A stretch of DNA of 64,000 bases from Ekhidna sp. (GTDB taxonomy: Bacteria; Bacteroidota; Bacteroidia; Cytophagales; Cyclobacteriaceae). The translations under genes were made by a program, and so were the position numbers. The notes beneath the pieces are model-generated. The model saw only the letters and a program-made list of their open reading frames with translations, was not told where the DNA came from and did not search any database. This document shows positions 1 through 9,311 of this stretch, in pieces. The stretch is from assembly GCF_040220215.1 (NCBI RefSeq), contig NZ_JAVJTR010000001.1, forward strand, positions 974 through 64,973, in the 5' to 3' direction. Each line of letters starts with the position of its first letter. Position 1 is the first letter of the stretch.

Positions 1-512
1 AAACCCGTTGAGGATCTGGTCACTCTTACATGGATATCAATTCCAGACCCAACCAAATCATTATCGTCGTTGATTATTGCTGTTGAGCTCCCTGTTTTGA
101 ATAGATCAATTCCATCTGTGCTTCCAGTCTCGCCCATCCCTATATAATAACCAGATGGACTATCTGTGACATCCTCGATATTACTAATAAGAAATACTTC
201 TATCCTATTGCTTCCGCTTGGAGCTCCCCCTTCATACCTTGCTCTAAAGGTCCAAACTACATCATTATTTGCAAAGTCAATTCCTAAGTTTGTGCTCAAA
301 TAAAGGTCTCCACTAGCTGACGGCCCATTTGATTGTACTTCCTCACTTGTAATCAAAAAATCATCCCCACCAGAGGTTTGTGATGCCACCCATGTTAATG
401 GACTTCCATCAGAAAAATCTCCATCTGAAAAATCATCTGTAATCTGGCCGAACACAGGTACGCAAAAGATCACGTAAATAATGATCAATAGACTTCTCTT
501 AATTCTATTCAT
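1..512 (-). CDS. Secreted protein, N-terminal part only (runs off the left edge); resembles Bacteroidota lamin-tail-domain proteins
   Basis: Not in the ORF track. Manual translation from ATG 512: MNRIKRSLLIIIYVIFCVPVFGQITDDFSDGDF..., open to base 1. Signal peptide ending at G|Q. Family call from resemblance only. Confidence 0.65.
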   Translation of the reverse strand, partial: MNRIKRSLLIIIYVIFCVPVFGQITDDFSDGDFSDGSPLTWVASQTSGGDDFLITSEEVQSNGPSASGDLYLSTNLGIDFANNDVVWTFRARYEGGAPSGSNRIEVFLISNIEDVTDSPSGYYIGMGETGSTDGIDLFKTGSSTAIINDDNDLVGSGIDIHVRVTRSSTG

Positions 513-531
513 TGCCACAGGTTAAATGTAG

Positions 532-539
532 TAGTTTTG
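532..539 (+). promoter_or_regulatory. Bacteroidota sigma-A -7 box upstream of asd
   Basis: TAGTTTTG matches TAnnTTTG, 35 nt before the asd ATG. Confidence 0.55.
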
Positions 540-574
540 CTCTAAATCATTATTCACATTGTTTTTAAGCTATT

Positions 575-1567
575 ATGAAAGTTGCAGTAGTAGGAGCTAG
601 TGGTCTTGTTGGACAGAAAATGCTCCAGATCATGTATGAAAGAAATTTCCCACTGGGTGAGCTTTTACCCGTGGCTTCAGAGCGTTCTGTAGGGAAGAAA
701 ATCTCTTATAATGGAAAGGAATTCACAATCATTTCCATGGAAGATGCGATCGCAGCTAAACCGGATATTGCATTGTTTTCTGCAGGGGGTTCCGTTTCTC
801 TCGAATTTGCCCCCAAATTTGCTGAGGCTGGATCTGTAGTGATTGACAATTCTTCCGCATGGCGTATGGATGTCAGCAAAAAATTGATTGTACCGGAGGT
901 TAACGGGGATGTGTTGCGTATAGACGACCGAATCATTGCAAATCCAAACTGCTCGACTATTCAGATGGTTGTAGCCCTGAAGCCACTTCATGATGTCTTC
1001 AAAATAAAGCGAATAGTTGTTTCTACTTATCAATCTGTGACAGGTTCAGGTAAGGCAGCAGTAGATCAGCTTGAAGGAGAGCGAGCAGGCAAGGACATCA
1101 AAAAAGTATACCCGCATAAAATAGACATGAATGCTTTGCCTCACATTGACGTATTCCAGGAAAATGGATACACCAAAGAGGAAATGAAAATGATAAAGGA
1201 GACCATGAAAATCATGGGCGATGACTCAATTAAAGTAACATCAACTTGTGTTCGTATTCCTACGGTTGGTGGCCATTCTGAAGCTGTGAATGTGGAGTTT
1301 GAAAATGAATATACCTTAGAGCAAGTCTATTCTATCCTTTCAAAAGCCCCTGGAGTTACTATTGTTGATGATCCATCAAAGAATGAATACCCTATGCCAC
1401 TCAATGCTCATGATAAAGATGATGTGTTTGTGGGTAGAATAAGAAGAGATGAAACACAAGCCAAAACATTGAACATGTGGATCGTTTCTGACAACCTGAG
1501 AAAAGGGGCTGCTACCAATGCCATTCAAATAGCAGAGTATATGCTCGAGCATAGCCTGGTTTATTAA
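575..1567 (+). CDS. asd: Aspartate-semialdehyde dehydrogenase
   Basis: GASGLVG Rossmann motif, IDNSSAWRM, ANPNCSTIQ catalytic Cys, DNLRKGAA. Confidence 0.97.
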   Translation: MKVAVVGASGLVGQKMLQIMYERNFPLGELLPVASERSVGKKISYNGKEFTIISMEDAIAAKPDIALFSAGGSVSLEFAPKFAEAGSVVIDNSSAWRMDVSKKLIVPEVNGDVLRIDDRIIANPNCSTIQMVVALKPLHDVFKIKRIVVSTYQSVTGSGKAAVDQLEGERAGKDIKKVYPHKIDMNALPHIDVFQENGYTKEEMKMIKETMKIMGDDSIKVTSTCVRIPTVGGHSEAVNVEFENEYTLEQVYSILSKAPGVTIVDDPSKNEYPMPLNAHDKDDVFVGRIRRDETQAKTLNMWIVSDNLRKGAATNAIQIAEYMLEHSLVY

Positions 1568-1569
1568 AA

Positions 1570-2760
1570 ATGTCAGCTCTTTTAGATTTTCTAAAGCAAA
1601 ATGACGTAAGGCAATTTATTAGAGAGAATGTTGATGCTGATCCTAATAGACTGATTTTAAACCCGCCGATAGCGTTTAAAGATGGAATCAAAGACATTGC
1701 ATCACAATTAATAGCCAGAAAGAAAGCGAAAGGAAAGCTGGATCAATGGGCAGACAATTTTGAATTGATTATGCCTCCTCCGCTCTCTATTGAACAGGCT
1801 TCTTCAAAGGCAACATGCGCCTACAAACAAAAGTTGATTGCAGGTAAAAAGCTCGTTGACCTTACGGGAGGTATGGGAATTGATTGCCTGGCGCTTTCCG
1901 AATCATTTGAACACACCATCTATGTAGAAAGAAATAATGAGCTATGTGATGTATTTCGTCACAATTCGGAAGTACTGGGAAGGCAAATTGAGATAGTGAA
2001 TGAAGATGCCAGTGAGTATTTAAAATTGACATATTTCAATCGTAATGACACCATCTTTTATATAGATCCGGCTCGCAGAGATCAGGCTAAAAAACGTGTT
2101 TTTCGGATCGAAGATTGTCCACCCAATTTGATCGAAATACTCCCAAAGCTATCCGAGAAAGGGAAGATCGCTCTTATAAAGTACTCGCCACTGCTTGATA
2201 TAAAAGCGATTCTACAATCCATTTCGCACATCAAAGAAATTCATGTTGTATCAGTGAAGAACGACTGTAAAGAGCTTCTAATTTTAATTGATTTTGGTTT
2301 TGAGGGAACTCCTCAGATCGTTTGTGTAAACCTGGAATCAGGTCAGCCGGATTATAAGTTTTCCATTGAAGAAGAACAAGATTCTGACACTACGCTTGGT
2401 AATGTTCAACAATATATCTTAGAACCCAATACCTCGATCATGAAAGCAGGTGCATTTAATAAAATTGCCAATGACTTTCAAGTAAACAAGTTGGCGGTCA
2501 ACACTCATCTTTATACCACAGATGACTTAACTAAAAATTTTCCAGGAAGGGTGTATGAGATTTTAGCAGAAGTAAACAAAGAGAGTATATCTAAATATGC
2601 GAGCAACGGAAAAATAAACGTGATTACAAGAAACCATCCTCTAACAGCTGCTGAAATCAAGAAAAAGTGGAAACTAAAAGATGGTGGTGAGTATTCATTA
2701 ATCGCTTTTCGAGGATCGAAAAAAGCAAAAATGCTTATTGCTCGACGGGTTTATCCTTGA
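1570..2760 (+). CDS. Class I SAM-dependent methyltransferase with THUMP-like C-terminal domain
   Basis: DLTGGMGID SAM motif, YIDPARR, EPNTSIMKAG. Confidence 0.8.
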   Translation: MSALLDFLKQNDVRQFIRENVDADPNRLILNPPIAFKDGIKDIASQLIARKKAKGKLDQWADNFELIMPPPLSIEQASSKATCAYKQKLIAGKKLVDLTGGMGIDCLALSESFEHTIYVERNNELCDVFRHNSEVLGRQIEIVNEDASEYLKLTYFNRNDTIFYIDPARRDQAKKRVFRIEDCPPNLIEILPKLSEKGKIALIKYSPLLDIKAILQSISHIKEIHVVSVKNDCKELLILIDFGFEGTPQIVCVNLESGQPDYKFSIEEEQDSDTTLGNVQQYILEPNTSIMKAGAFNKIANDFQVNKLAVNTHLYTTDDLTKNFPGRVYEILAEVNKESISKYASNGKINVITRNHPLTAAEIKKKWKLKDGGEYSLIAFRGSKKAKMLIARRVYP

Positions 2761-4555
2761 GTATTATTCTGAAAACTGAGCCCTCACCATATACACTTTC
2801 TACTTCCATTTTACCCCCCAGACTTTTTACAAAATCATTGCAAAGTGCAAGTCCCAGTCCATTTCCTTTTTCTCCGGCCGTTCCAACAGTACTATCCAAC
2901 TCGCCATTAAAAATGCCTTCGCGTGTTTCTGCCGTCATGCCAATTCCACTGTCAATCACTTCAATTACCTTGGTTTTCTGACCCTTGACGCAGTTTATTT
3001 CTATTCGGGATTTCTTGTTCGAAAATTTGATCGCATTCACAATTAGATTTCTGAGAAGTATCCTGACTAAACCACGATTCGAGTACAATTCAAAATTATG
3101 GGCAGAATCATAATCAATGGATATTTCTTTTTCTTCTAACCGGTCACTCAATTCACTTTTTAAATCAGCAAGTACGTAATGAAGTGAAAAGGTCTCTTTT
3201 TGTAGGTTTTCACCCTCCATCTGACCTTCTGCCCAGAGAAAAACATTGTTAAGCAAACTCATCAAATTGGACGTTTTTTCTCTAACCTCCGGTATAAATG
3301 GCTCAATCTCTTCCCTGCTTATTAGCTTTTCGTTGAACATTTCTATGACAGAAGAAACCGATTGTATGGGTGATTTCAAGTCATGAGAAACAATGGCAAA
3401 AATCTTCGCTTTAAATGTATTTAGCCTCTCCAGATCACGTTTTCTTCTACCCAGCTCTCTCACAACCATAAAAATTATGGCAATCAAAATAGCTGCGATT
3501 ACGAGAGCGACGACAAGGCCCTGAATGATGAGTTGGCGCTGATCGGCAAGCGCCGTACTGATTTGATTTTTTTCTTCTAAAACTCTCAATCTAAACAATC
3601 GCTGATAATAGGCCAGTAGCTCCAGTTCGTTTCTAACCTGCACATTTTGAACGCTATCCCTATAAGTTTCATAGCGGATTTGATTCTTATACGCCTTTTG
3701 AAATTCACCTAAATCACCATAGCAATTGGCCATTGTTTTACTGGTCAGGTAGATCAGCTCCTTAATTCCCATTTTCATGGCCATATCACTTGCCAGAATT
3801 GCATGCTCAAGGGCGTGTTGAGGGTTTCCTTTTTTTCTTTCAAGTTCTGCCTTTAACTGGTTTGCAATCAAACTTGTCCTTTTACTATCGTATTTGTTTG
3901 ATGTTCTATATGTCAGCTCCAGCAAGGAGTCCGCGATTTCTAATTTTCCTTGTTTGAGGTAAGTTTCTGCTTGATTCGAATATAGAATGGGTGACAGGTG
4001 AATAAAAGATTCCTCAAGTTGATCAGCTGCCTTATTTAAATAGTAATGGGTAGAATCATATTGACTCAGGTTGAAGTAAGCCTTTGAAATGTTGTTGTAA
4101 ACGGCAAACAAGCGTCTTGGCTGCTGATATTGCTCTTGAATGCTTAGCTCTAGTTTATAATAATTAATAGCATCGAGGTTGAAGCCTACCGCATTGTAGA
4201 CGTTTCCTATATTCCCGTAGTTTTTAGCTACCAGTTCTTCATAGTTATTTATTTCTGACAGCTGAAGTGACTTTTGCAGTGACTCAATCGCATTCATCTG
4301 GTTGCCAATTGACCAATGAGCATTTCCTATCAAATTTAGCGCAGCAGCCTTTAAGGAATCATCATTGATTTCCTCTGCAAGTTCAAGTGCATAAGTCGAT
4401 TTTTCCAAGCTACCTCCCGGATCATCATAAACTTTATCCCTGGCCTCTGAGAGGGTAGTGGAAATTTCTTTTTTAATATCGTTTGCGTCCTGAGCAAAAA
4501 TTGGGATCAGAATGCAACTTATAAATATGAGTACTATGAACCTGGTGAGTTTCAC
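2735..4555 (-). CDS. TPR-repeat sensor histidine kinase
   Basis: Signal/TM segment, TPR repeats, second TM, H-box IVSHDLKSP, N-box RNLIVNAIKF, G-boxes DSGIGM and GNGLGL; GTG start. Confidence 0.92.
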   Translation of the reverse strand: MKLTRFIVLIFISCILIPIFAQDANDIKKEISTTLSEARDKVYDDPGGSLEKSTYALELAEEINDDSLKAAALNLIGNAHWSIGNQMNAIESLQKSLQLSEINNYEELVAKNYGNIGNVYNAVGFNLDAINYYKLELSIQEQYQQPRRLFAVYNNISKAYFNLSQYDSTHYYLNKAADQLEESFIHLSPILYSNQAETYLKQGKLEIADSLLELTYRTSNKYDSKRTSLIANQLKAELERKKGNPQHALEHAILASDMAMKMGIKELIYLTSKTMANCYGDLGEFQKAYKNQIRYETYRDSVQNVQVRNELELLAYYQRLFRLRVLEEKNQISTALADQRQLIIQGLVVALVIAAILIAIIFMVVRELGRRKRDLERLNTFKAKIFAIVSHDLKSPIQSVSSVIEMFNEKLISREEIEPFIPEVREKTSNLMSLLNNVFLWAEGQMEGENLQKETFSLHYVLADLKSELSDRLEEKEISIDYDSAHNFELYSNRGLVRILLRNLIVNAIKFSNKKSRIEINCVKGQKTKVIEVIDSGIGMTAETREGIFNGELDSTVGTAGEKGNGLGLALCNDFVKSLGGKMEVESVYGEGSVFRIILKDKPVEQ

Positions 4556-4586
4556 ATGTAGAAGATAGCTCGTTTTTAAAACTTAC

Positions 4587-4594
4587 CAAAGATA
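4587..4594 (-). promoter_or_regulatory. Sigma-A -7 box for the TPR histidine kinase
   Basis: TATCTTTG on the minus strand about 31 nt before the GTG. Confidence 0.5.
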
Positions 4595-4600
4595 GATAAA

Positions 4601-5254
4601 TCAGAACCTTCCGAAACGGAAGCTGATCATAGCTGTTGTGCCGGATACATCTTCATCCTTAACATTTTCAAGTTCGGTTCCTGAAATATATCTGTAGGTC
4701 ATCCCGGCTCCCAGACGAAAGTACTTCGTGATGTTGAATTCCAACTCTATCCCCGGCTCAGCCACAAAAAAAACAGAGTTCTCAATAGTGAATTCAGAAT
4801 CTGCAGGATTGTTAAGAAAAAAATCTTTGTCAACCACCTCAAGAGAACCAGCTCCTAATACAATTGGAATACTTATATGGACGAGTTCTTTGTGCGCTAT
4901 CGTACCGCCAATTAAAACTCCGCCGTATCCTCCATGCAGATTTAGGTTTTTTGGTTCAGTAGCTCCCGGCACTACACCTTCGAACTCTACCTTAGTAACT
5001 AATCCATAGCCCGCAACCCCAAACAAGTATCTTCTGTTGATGATAAATCCTCCATAAGCTCCTACCAATAATCCACGCTCACCTTTAAAATCTCCTACTT
5101 TAAGGTCTGCTGCACCAAATGCATTGAGGTCATTTTTCGTACTTAAAAGTGATTTCACCTCCTCATCATTGGGATCATTTGTATCCATGTAGCGCTGACC
5201 AAACGCACCGGAAGTGAAAACTAAAATGAGCAAAATGTGGATCAGGTACTTCAT
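4601..5254 (-). CDS. Putative outer-membrane beta-barrel protein
   Basis: Signal peptide, alternating amphipathic strands, C-terminal Phe (RFGRF). ATG 5254 preferred over TTG 5260. Confidence 0.7.
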   Translation of the reverse strand: MKYLIHILLILVFTSGAFGQRYMDTNDPNDEEVKSLLSTKNDLNAFGAADLKVGDFKGERGLLVGAYGGFIINRRYLFGVAGYGLVTKVEFEGVVPGATEPKNLNLHGGYGGVLIGGTIAHKELVHISIPIVLGAGSLEVVDKDFFLNNPADSEFTIENSVFFVAEPGIELEFNITKYFRLGAGMTYRYISGTELENVKDEDVSGTTAMISFRFGRF

Positions 5255-5256
5255 GC

Positions 5257-5766
5257 TCAAAAGACGTATTTAAAAGAAATGGCTGCATCCCAAAACTTGG
5301 CCTTCGAGTGACGCATTCCAATAAAATTAAAATAGGGCTTGACGTCAAATCCAAAAGTTGCAGGAACTTCCAGCCATCTGTATTCTATACCCAAACTAGC
5401 ATCAACCCCCATTGAAAAGAAACTCTTTTCTTCATATATAAATGCATCGCCTTCTGCGTTTGAAAGTGTTTTGGCTATGTCGCCAAACTTCTCATAGCCA
5501 ATATGGCCACCTATCCCGTAGTGTAAGTAAAATCGATCATTGAAAGAGAACTCCATCGGCTCATGAAAAAGGTATTGTGCCGTGAATTGCATCCCTTCAT
5601 TTCTCCCACTAAGAATCATCTCAACCGCTTCATCCTCTGTCACGAACTTTTTGTAAGTAAGCCCGGATGTATGACCCAGTCTGATCCCGGACGATTTTTC
5701 GTAAAGCTGCTGACCTGTCGCTGTGAACGTGACAAGGATAAGAATGACAAGTATGAGTTGCTTCAT
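5257..5766 (-). CDS. Small putative outer-membrane beta-barrel protein
   Basis: Signal peptide ATG|Q, GIRLG...GLTYKKF pattern, C-terminal FKYVF. Confidence 0.7.
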   Translation of the reverse strand: MKQLILVILILVTFTATGQQLYEKSSGIRLGHTSGLTYKKFVTEDEAVEMILSGRNEGMQFTAQYLFHEPMEFSFNDRFYLHYGIGGHIGYEKFGDIAKTLSNAEGDAFIYEEKSFFSMGVDASLGIEYRWLEVPATFGFDVKPYFNFIGMRHSKAKFWDAAISFKYVF

Positions 5767-5789
5767 GGGCTTCCGGTGGTGACGGTGCG

Positions 5790-6893
5790 TTAGTCTTTAT
5801 CTACGAAAATAGGGGTTTCTTTTATGGCTACAATTAATTCGCCACCGTCAGCTTTTACTATTAGCTGGCCATGGCGCGTATTGGTGTTTCCTACAAAACC
5901 GGATAGTGAAATTTTGCCTTCATCTATGAATTGCTCTTTTTGCATGGTGAGCATGCTATTGGGCAAAATCATCCGATCCTCCGGTCCTTTGATGTAGGTT
6001 TTGATGTAAGAAGCTTGATTTAATATCAAATTAATGTCAGTGGATTTACCGGTGATATCTACACTGTTAAAGTCTTTAACTATTCGTCCCAGGAAAATAT
6101 CTCCATAGCTAAAATCCAGCCTGGCAGATCCTTTTAATAAATCAGCCGTCAGGTTTGTAAAGGATCCCTCACACATAATTTCATTGACCTCCAGTATATG
6201 GATTTTATCATTTCGCGAATTGAGTTGAATCCGCTGGATTTTATCTACTCTTATCTCAGAACTACCACTTTCAATATTCAGATTTTTCGCTTCATCCACA
6301 CTCAACTCGGAACCTCGCAGCGTAAAAATTCCATCATTTAATTTTCCGAAAGAAGACTTCCCAAAACTGTGTTTCAGATTTAAAGATTGAGACAAGTCAT
6401 TCGCTTTAATGTCGCCATGTGAAATATCTAAATCAACACGACCATCAAGATTGGTCAAATAAAGATCTCCATATTTGTTTTCTACACTCAGCATGACATC
6501 CTTAGGCAGCCAAACCTGATAGTCAACCTTTAACTTGTTGCTTCCCATTGCTCCCTCGATCTCACTCATCACGCTTCCGAAAAATCCGCTTCCACTGCTA
6601 ATTTCCGTTACAGCAGAAATCACACTTCCGATCTTTCTAAATTTAACATCCACACGAGCCATTGATTTTGCGACAGCTGACGAATTTTTCCCTTCTGCCC
6701 TCACAACTACTTCAAACCGGACAGAATCAAGATTCCAGGTTCGCACGATTACTTCACCGTACTTGCTGACCACTTCCACTTTACCATTCTTTGGCACAGC
6801 ATAGGATCGTTTAAAATCGCGTTCCTGCCTAACCTGTGATAGCAGTGGAGTAGCTATTAGCAAAGCAATCAATATGTTAAAGCACTTCTTCAC
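5790..6893 (-). CDS. DUF4097-like (Toastrack/adhesin-like) beta-strand repeat protein
   Basis: Signal peptide; repeated SKYGEV/NKYGDL/HSFGKS/FSYGDI units typical of DUF4097. Confidence 0.75.
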   Translation of the reverse strand: MKKCFNILIALLIATPLLSQVRQERDFKRSYAVPKNGKVEVVSKYGEVIVRTWNLDSVRFEVVVRAEGKNSSAVAKSMARVDVKFRKIGSVISAVTEISSGSGFFGSVMSEIEGAMGSNKLKVDYQVWLPKDVMLSVENKYGDLYLTNLDGRVDLDISHGDIKANDLSQSLNLKHSFGKSSFGKLNDGIFTLRGSELSVDEAKNLNIESGSSEIRVDKIQRIQLNSRNDKIHILEVNEIMCEGSFTNLTADLLKGSARLDFSYGDIFLGRIVKDFNSVDITGKSTDINLILNQASYIKTYIKGPEDRMILPNSMLTMQKEQFIDEGKISLSGFVGNTNTRHGQLIVKADGGELIVAIKETPIFVDKD

Positions 6894-7356
6894 GCTTCTC
6901 TTTTTCCAGTTCGTTTAATATCTCTTCCAAAATCTGAAGCTTTAGCCGATAATTCTCCATCATTGCACTAACTACTTCCTGATTATCCACATTATCATTA
7001 AGATCCGCTTTTAGCTCCGCGAATGCCGCATCCATATCTTCTAAGTCCTGTAGAATATGATCATCTTCCAATTGCCCTTTTATCAAAGTGATTTTTTGGT
7101 TGATCTCTCCATTGTAAAACTGCTCCAGCTCCGCAATTTCATTACCCCCTTTGCCAGACGGATTCTTATAGAAAACTGTCCCAATAACTATGGCAGCTAT
7201 ACATGCAGCTATGCCGGCAATTTTCCATGGGTCTCTTTTCTCGTTTTCCGGCTTAATTTTTTTGGAAAGCTTCGTCCATTCCTTATCACTATCAAACGGA
7301 TACAGTTCGAAATCCTCTTTGAGATTTTCAATATGATCCTTTAAATTATCCCGCAT
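6877..7356 (-). CDS. Putative anti-sigma factor (single TM, C-terminal helical domain)
   Basis: Overlaps the ECF sigma stop; short cytoplasmic N-terminus, TM IAGIAACIAAIVIGTVF. Confidence 0.65.
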   Translation of the reverse strand: MRDNLKDHIENLKEDFELYPFDSDKEWTKLSKKIKPENEKRDPWKIAGIAACIAAIVIGTVFYKNPSGKGGNEIAELEQFYNGEINQKITLIKGQLEDDHILQDLEDMDAAFAELKADLNDNVDNQEVVSAMMENYRLKLQILEEILNELEKEKREEVL

Positions 7357-7903
7357 TTTGACTCCTCTCTTCTACTAATAACTTTCTGATCCTTGCTTTC
7401 GCTTTGCAATACTGCGCTTTTGATGCTGATTCAGATACACCTAAAATCTGTCCTATTTCCTTATGATCATACCCTTCAAACAAATACAGGTTCAGTACTG
7501 TCTTGCATCCTTCCGGGAGCAGATCAATCACTGACATGATCTGTGATGCCTGAAACTGTGCATATTCGAAATCATCTTCCTCTTCTTCAACAAAATCAGC
7601 ATTCTCTTCCAGCTGAGCAGTATCCAATTTCTTTTTGCGAATGGCATTGATGCAATTATTTATCACAATTCGCTTGATCCATGAGCTAAACGTATTCACT
7701 TCCCGTAGCGATGGGAGCTTCTGGAATGCATCAATAAACGACTCCTGAAGCAAGTCCTTCGCTTCTTCCTCATCACCCATCATCCGGCGGCATATATTAT
7801 ACATTGCCTTGGCGTAGAGGCCATAAAGTGACGACATTGCCGCCTGGTCTCCCTGCTGGCTCTGAATAATCAGATGCTTATGAATGGTCTGTGTCGTGCT
7901 CAC
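7346..7903 (-). CDS. ECF RNA polymerase sigma factor
   Basis: Region 2 DLLQESFIDAF and SWIKRIVINNCI; region 4 LPEGCKTVLNLYLFEGYDHKEIG...SKAQY. Confidence 0.95.
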   Translation of the reverse strand: MSTTQTIHKHLIIQSQQGDQAAMSSLYGLYAKAMYNICRRMMGDEEEAKDLLQESFIDAFQKLPSLREVNTFSSWIKRIVINNCINAIRKKKLDTAQLEENADFVEEEEDDFEYAQFQASQIMSVIDLLPEGCKTVLNLYLFEGYDHKEIGQILGVSESASKAQYCKAKARIRKLLVEERSQNAG

Positions 7904-7914
7904 GATCTATTAAA

Positions 7915-7940
7915 AGACAGTCCTTTTTTTCAAAGGTTTC
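7915..7940 (-). promoter_or_regulatory. ECF-type promoter (GAAACC-N16-GTCT) immediately upstream of the ECF sigma gene
   Basis: Minus strand reads GAAACC tttgaaaaaaaggact GTCT, ending 11 nt before the GTG start. Confidence 0.6.
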
Positions 7941-8532
7941 TATAAAGACGAGAAAAAAGCTGATTTCGATGTAAAAATTTTTCATCAATAAGCTGGAAAC
8001 CACCTGAAATGACAAAATCATCAATTTTCTTCAGGTTTTTTGACTCGAGATTAGATATAAGACTGAAAAATAAGTGCATAATCCCTTGCAGAACTCTACT
8101 TGAGGCGGCTTTTTCAAAGTCTGAAACAATAAGTATTCCTCCATCTTTTGTTAGCTGATTACATTTATTGATAGCCAACTTAAGATTAGTTCTATCAAAA
8201 CAATCCAGAAAGAACGGGCAAACGATTACATCATAAGTGGTAGCAGATTTCCAATTTAAAAAATCGTGATTTACAAAATTGACTGACCTATTCACCAACC
8301 GTCTTTTTGCTATTCGAATCATTTTCTCAGATTTCTCAACATAGTCAACCCTATCACAAAAAGGAATGTGTTCGAGTAGCTTCCCAGTACCGCCACCAAG
8401 AATCAGAACTTGATCATTTTCATTAATTTCTGATAGGTGTGTGGTCTGAGCTTTCAGGATTGCATTTCCAAAAACAATTCTGGCCAGAACATCATAAAAA
8501 GGAGCTATGAAATTGAAATCGTTTACAGCCAT
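7930..8532 (-). CDS. Class I SAM-dependent methyltransferase
   Basis: VLILGGGTG motif I, YVEKS, YDVIVCPFFLDCF, GGILIVSDF. Confidence 0.88.
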   Translation of the reverse strand: MAVNDFNFIAPFYDVLARIVFGNAILKAQTTHLSEINENDQVLILGGGTGKLLEHIPFCDRVDYVEKSEKMIRIAKRRLVNRSVNFVNHDFLNWKSATTYDVIVCPFFLDCFDRTNLKLAINKCNQLTKDGGILIVSDFEKAASSRVLQGIMHLFFSLISNLESKNLKKIDDFVISGGFQLIDEKFLHRNQLFSRLYRNL

Positions 8533-9311
8533 TCGAACAGAATTGGCAATAAAAATACGCCATCGCCAACTGTTCTATACAGATGGTTTTTCTTAAAACT
8601 TACGGGAAAGATCAACATCATTGCATAAATAGAAAACCCTACAAAAAAATAAAGGTGGAGTGTATTGAAAGTGAGCAATGAGAGCGCAAGACCTACTGAC
8701 AATAAAGCTAATATCAACCTCTTCAAGTTATTTTCTGAGAGTTGGGTTGCTATCGAATTAAAACCATCAATTTCATCTTCTTCTCTCTCGTATCGACTAA
8801 AAATGATCAAATTGGTAAAGGTCAAAAGGAATAAAAGAATAAAGGTTCCCCACTCAAAAGATTGGTTGAGCAGCATCGGAACCATTAGAATCCCAAACGA
8901 ATAAACAATGGCAACATACAGTTCTTTGGAAAAAGACTTTGACAGTTTGTGTTGGATCAGTAGGTAGATAAATGAGAAAACCGTTAGGGCAAGCCCACCT
9001 AAGAAAAGAATAATAGGGATGAAAAAGATAAGCGGTGTTATGAGCATCAATACAGAAAGCGCTATCAGCACTAATGCTTTTCTATGCCTCCGATGAAATA
9101 TGTATCGCTCACGCTTTGATTTCACTGATCTCTCCGCATCTCTCAGATGATCTGCTGTATAGATGAGCCAGACAGCTCCCCCTAGTAGTACATACACCTC
9201 CCAGCCGGGAGATACCTGAAATTGGGCACAAAAAAATCGGAGTAGAATAACTACTCCGATTACAATGTCTATAGATAAAATTTGAGCAGCACGATATGCT
9301 CGACTGATCAT
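8523..9311 (-). CDS. UbiA-like prenyltransferase-family membrane protein
   Basis: About 8 TM helices, acidic motifs YTADHLRDAE and YEREEDEIDG; TAATG overlap with atpG. Confidence 0.6.
   Translation of the reverse strand: MISRAYRAAQILSIDIVIGVVILLRFFCAQFQVSPGWEVYVLLGGAVWLIYTADHLRDAERSVKSKRERYIFHRRHRKALVLIALSVLMLITPLIFFIPIILFLGGLALTVFSFIYLLIQHKLSKSFSKELYVAIVYSFGILMVPMLLNQSFEWGTFILLFLLTFTNLIIFSRYEREEDEIDGFNSIATQLSENNLKRLILALLSVGLALSLLTFNTLHLYFFVGFSIYAMMLIFPVSFKKNHLYRTVGDGVFLLPILFEWL

Noticed and set aside
2735-2760. 26-nt convergent overlap of methyltransferase and histidine kinase 3' ends
   Set aside because: Short tail-to-tail overlaps are common in compact genomes; no further signal
3829-4774. 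A8/T8 homopolymer tracts in the kinase and beta-barrel genes as phase-variation sites
   Set aside because: Both frames are intact and such runs are frequent at this AT content
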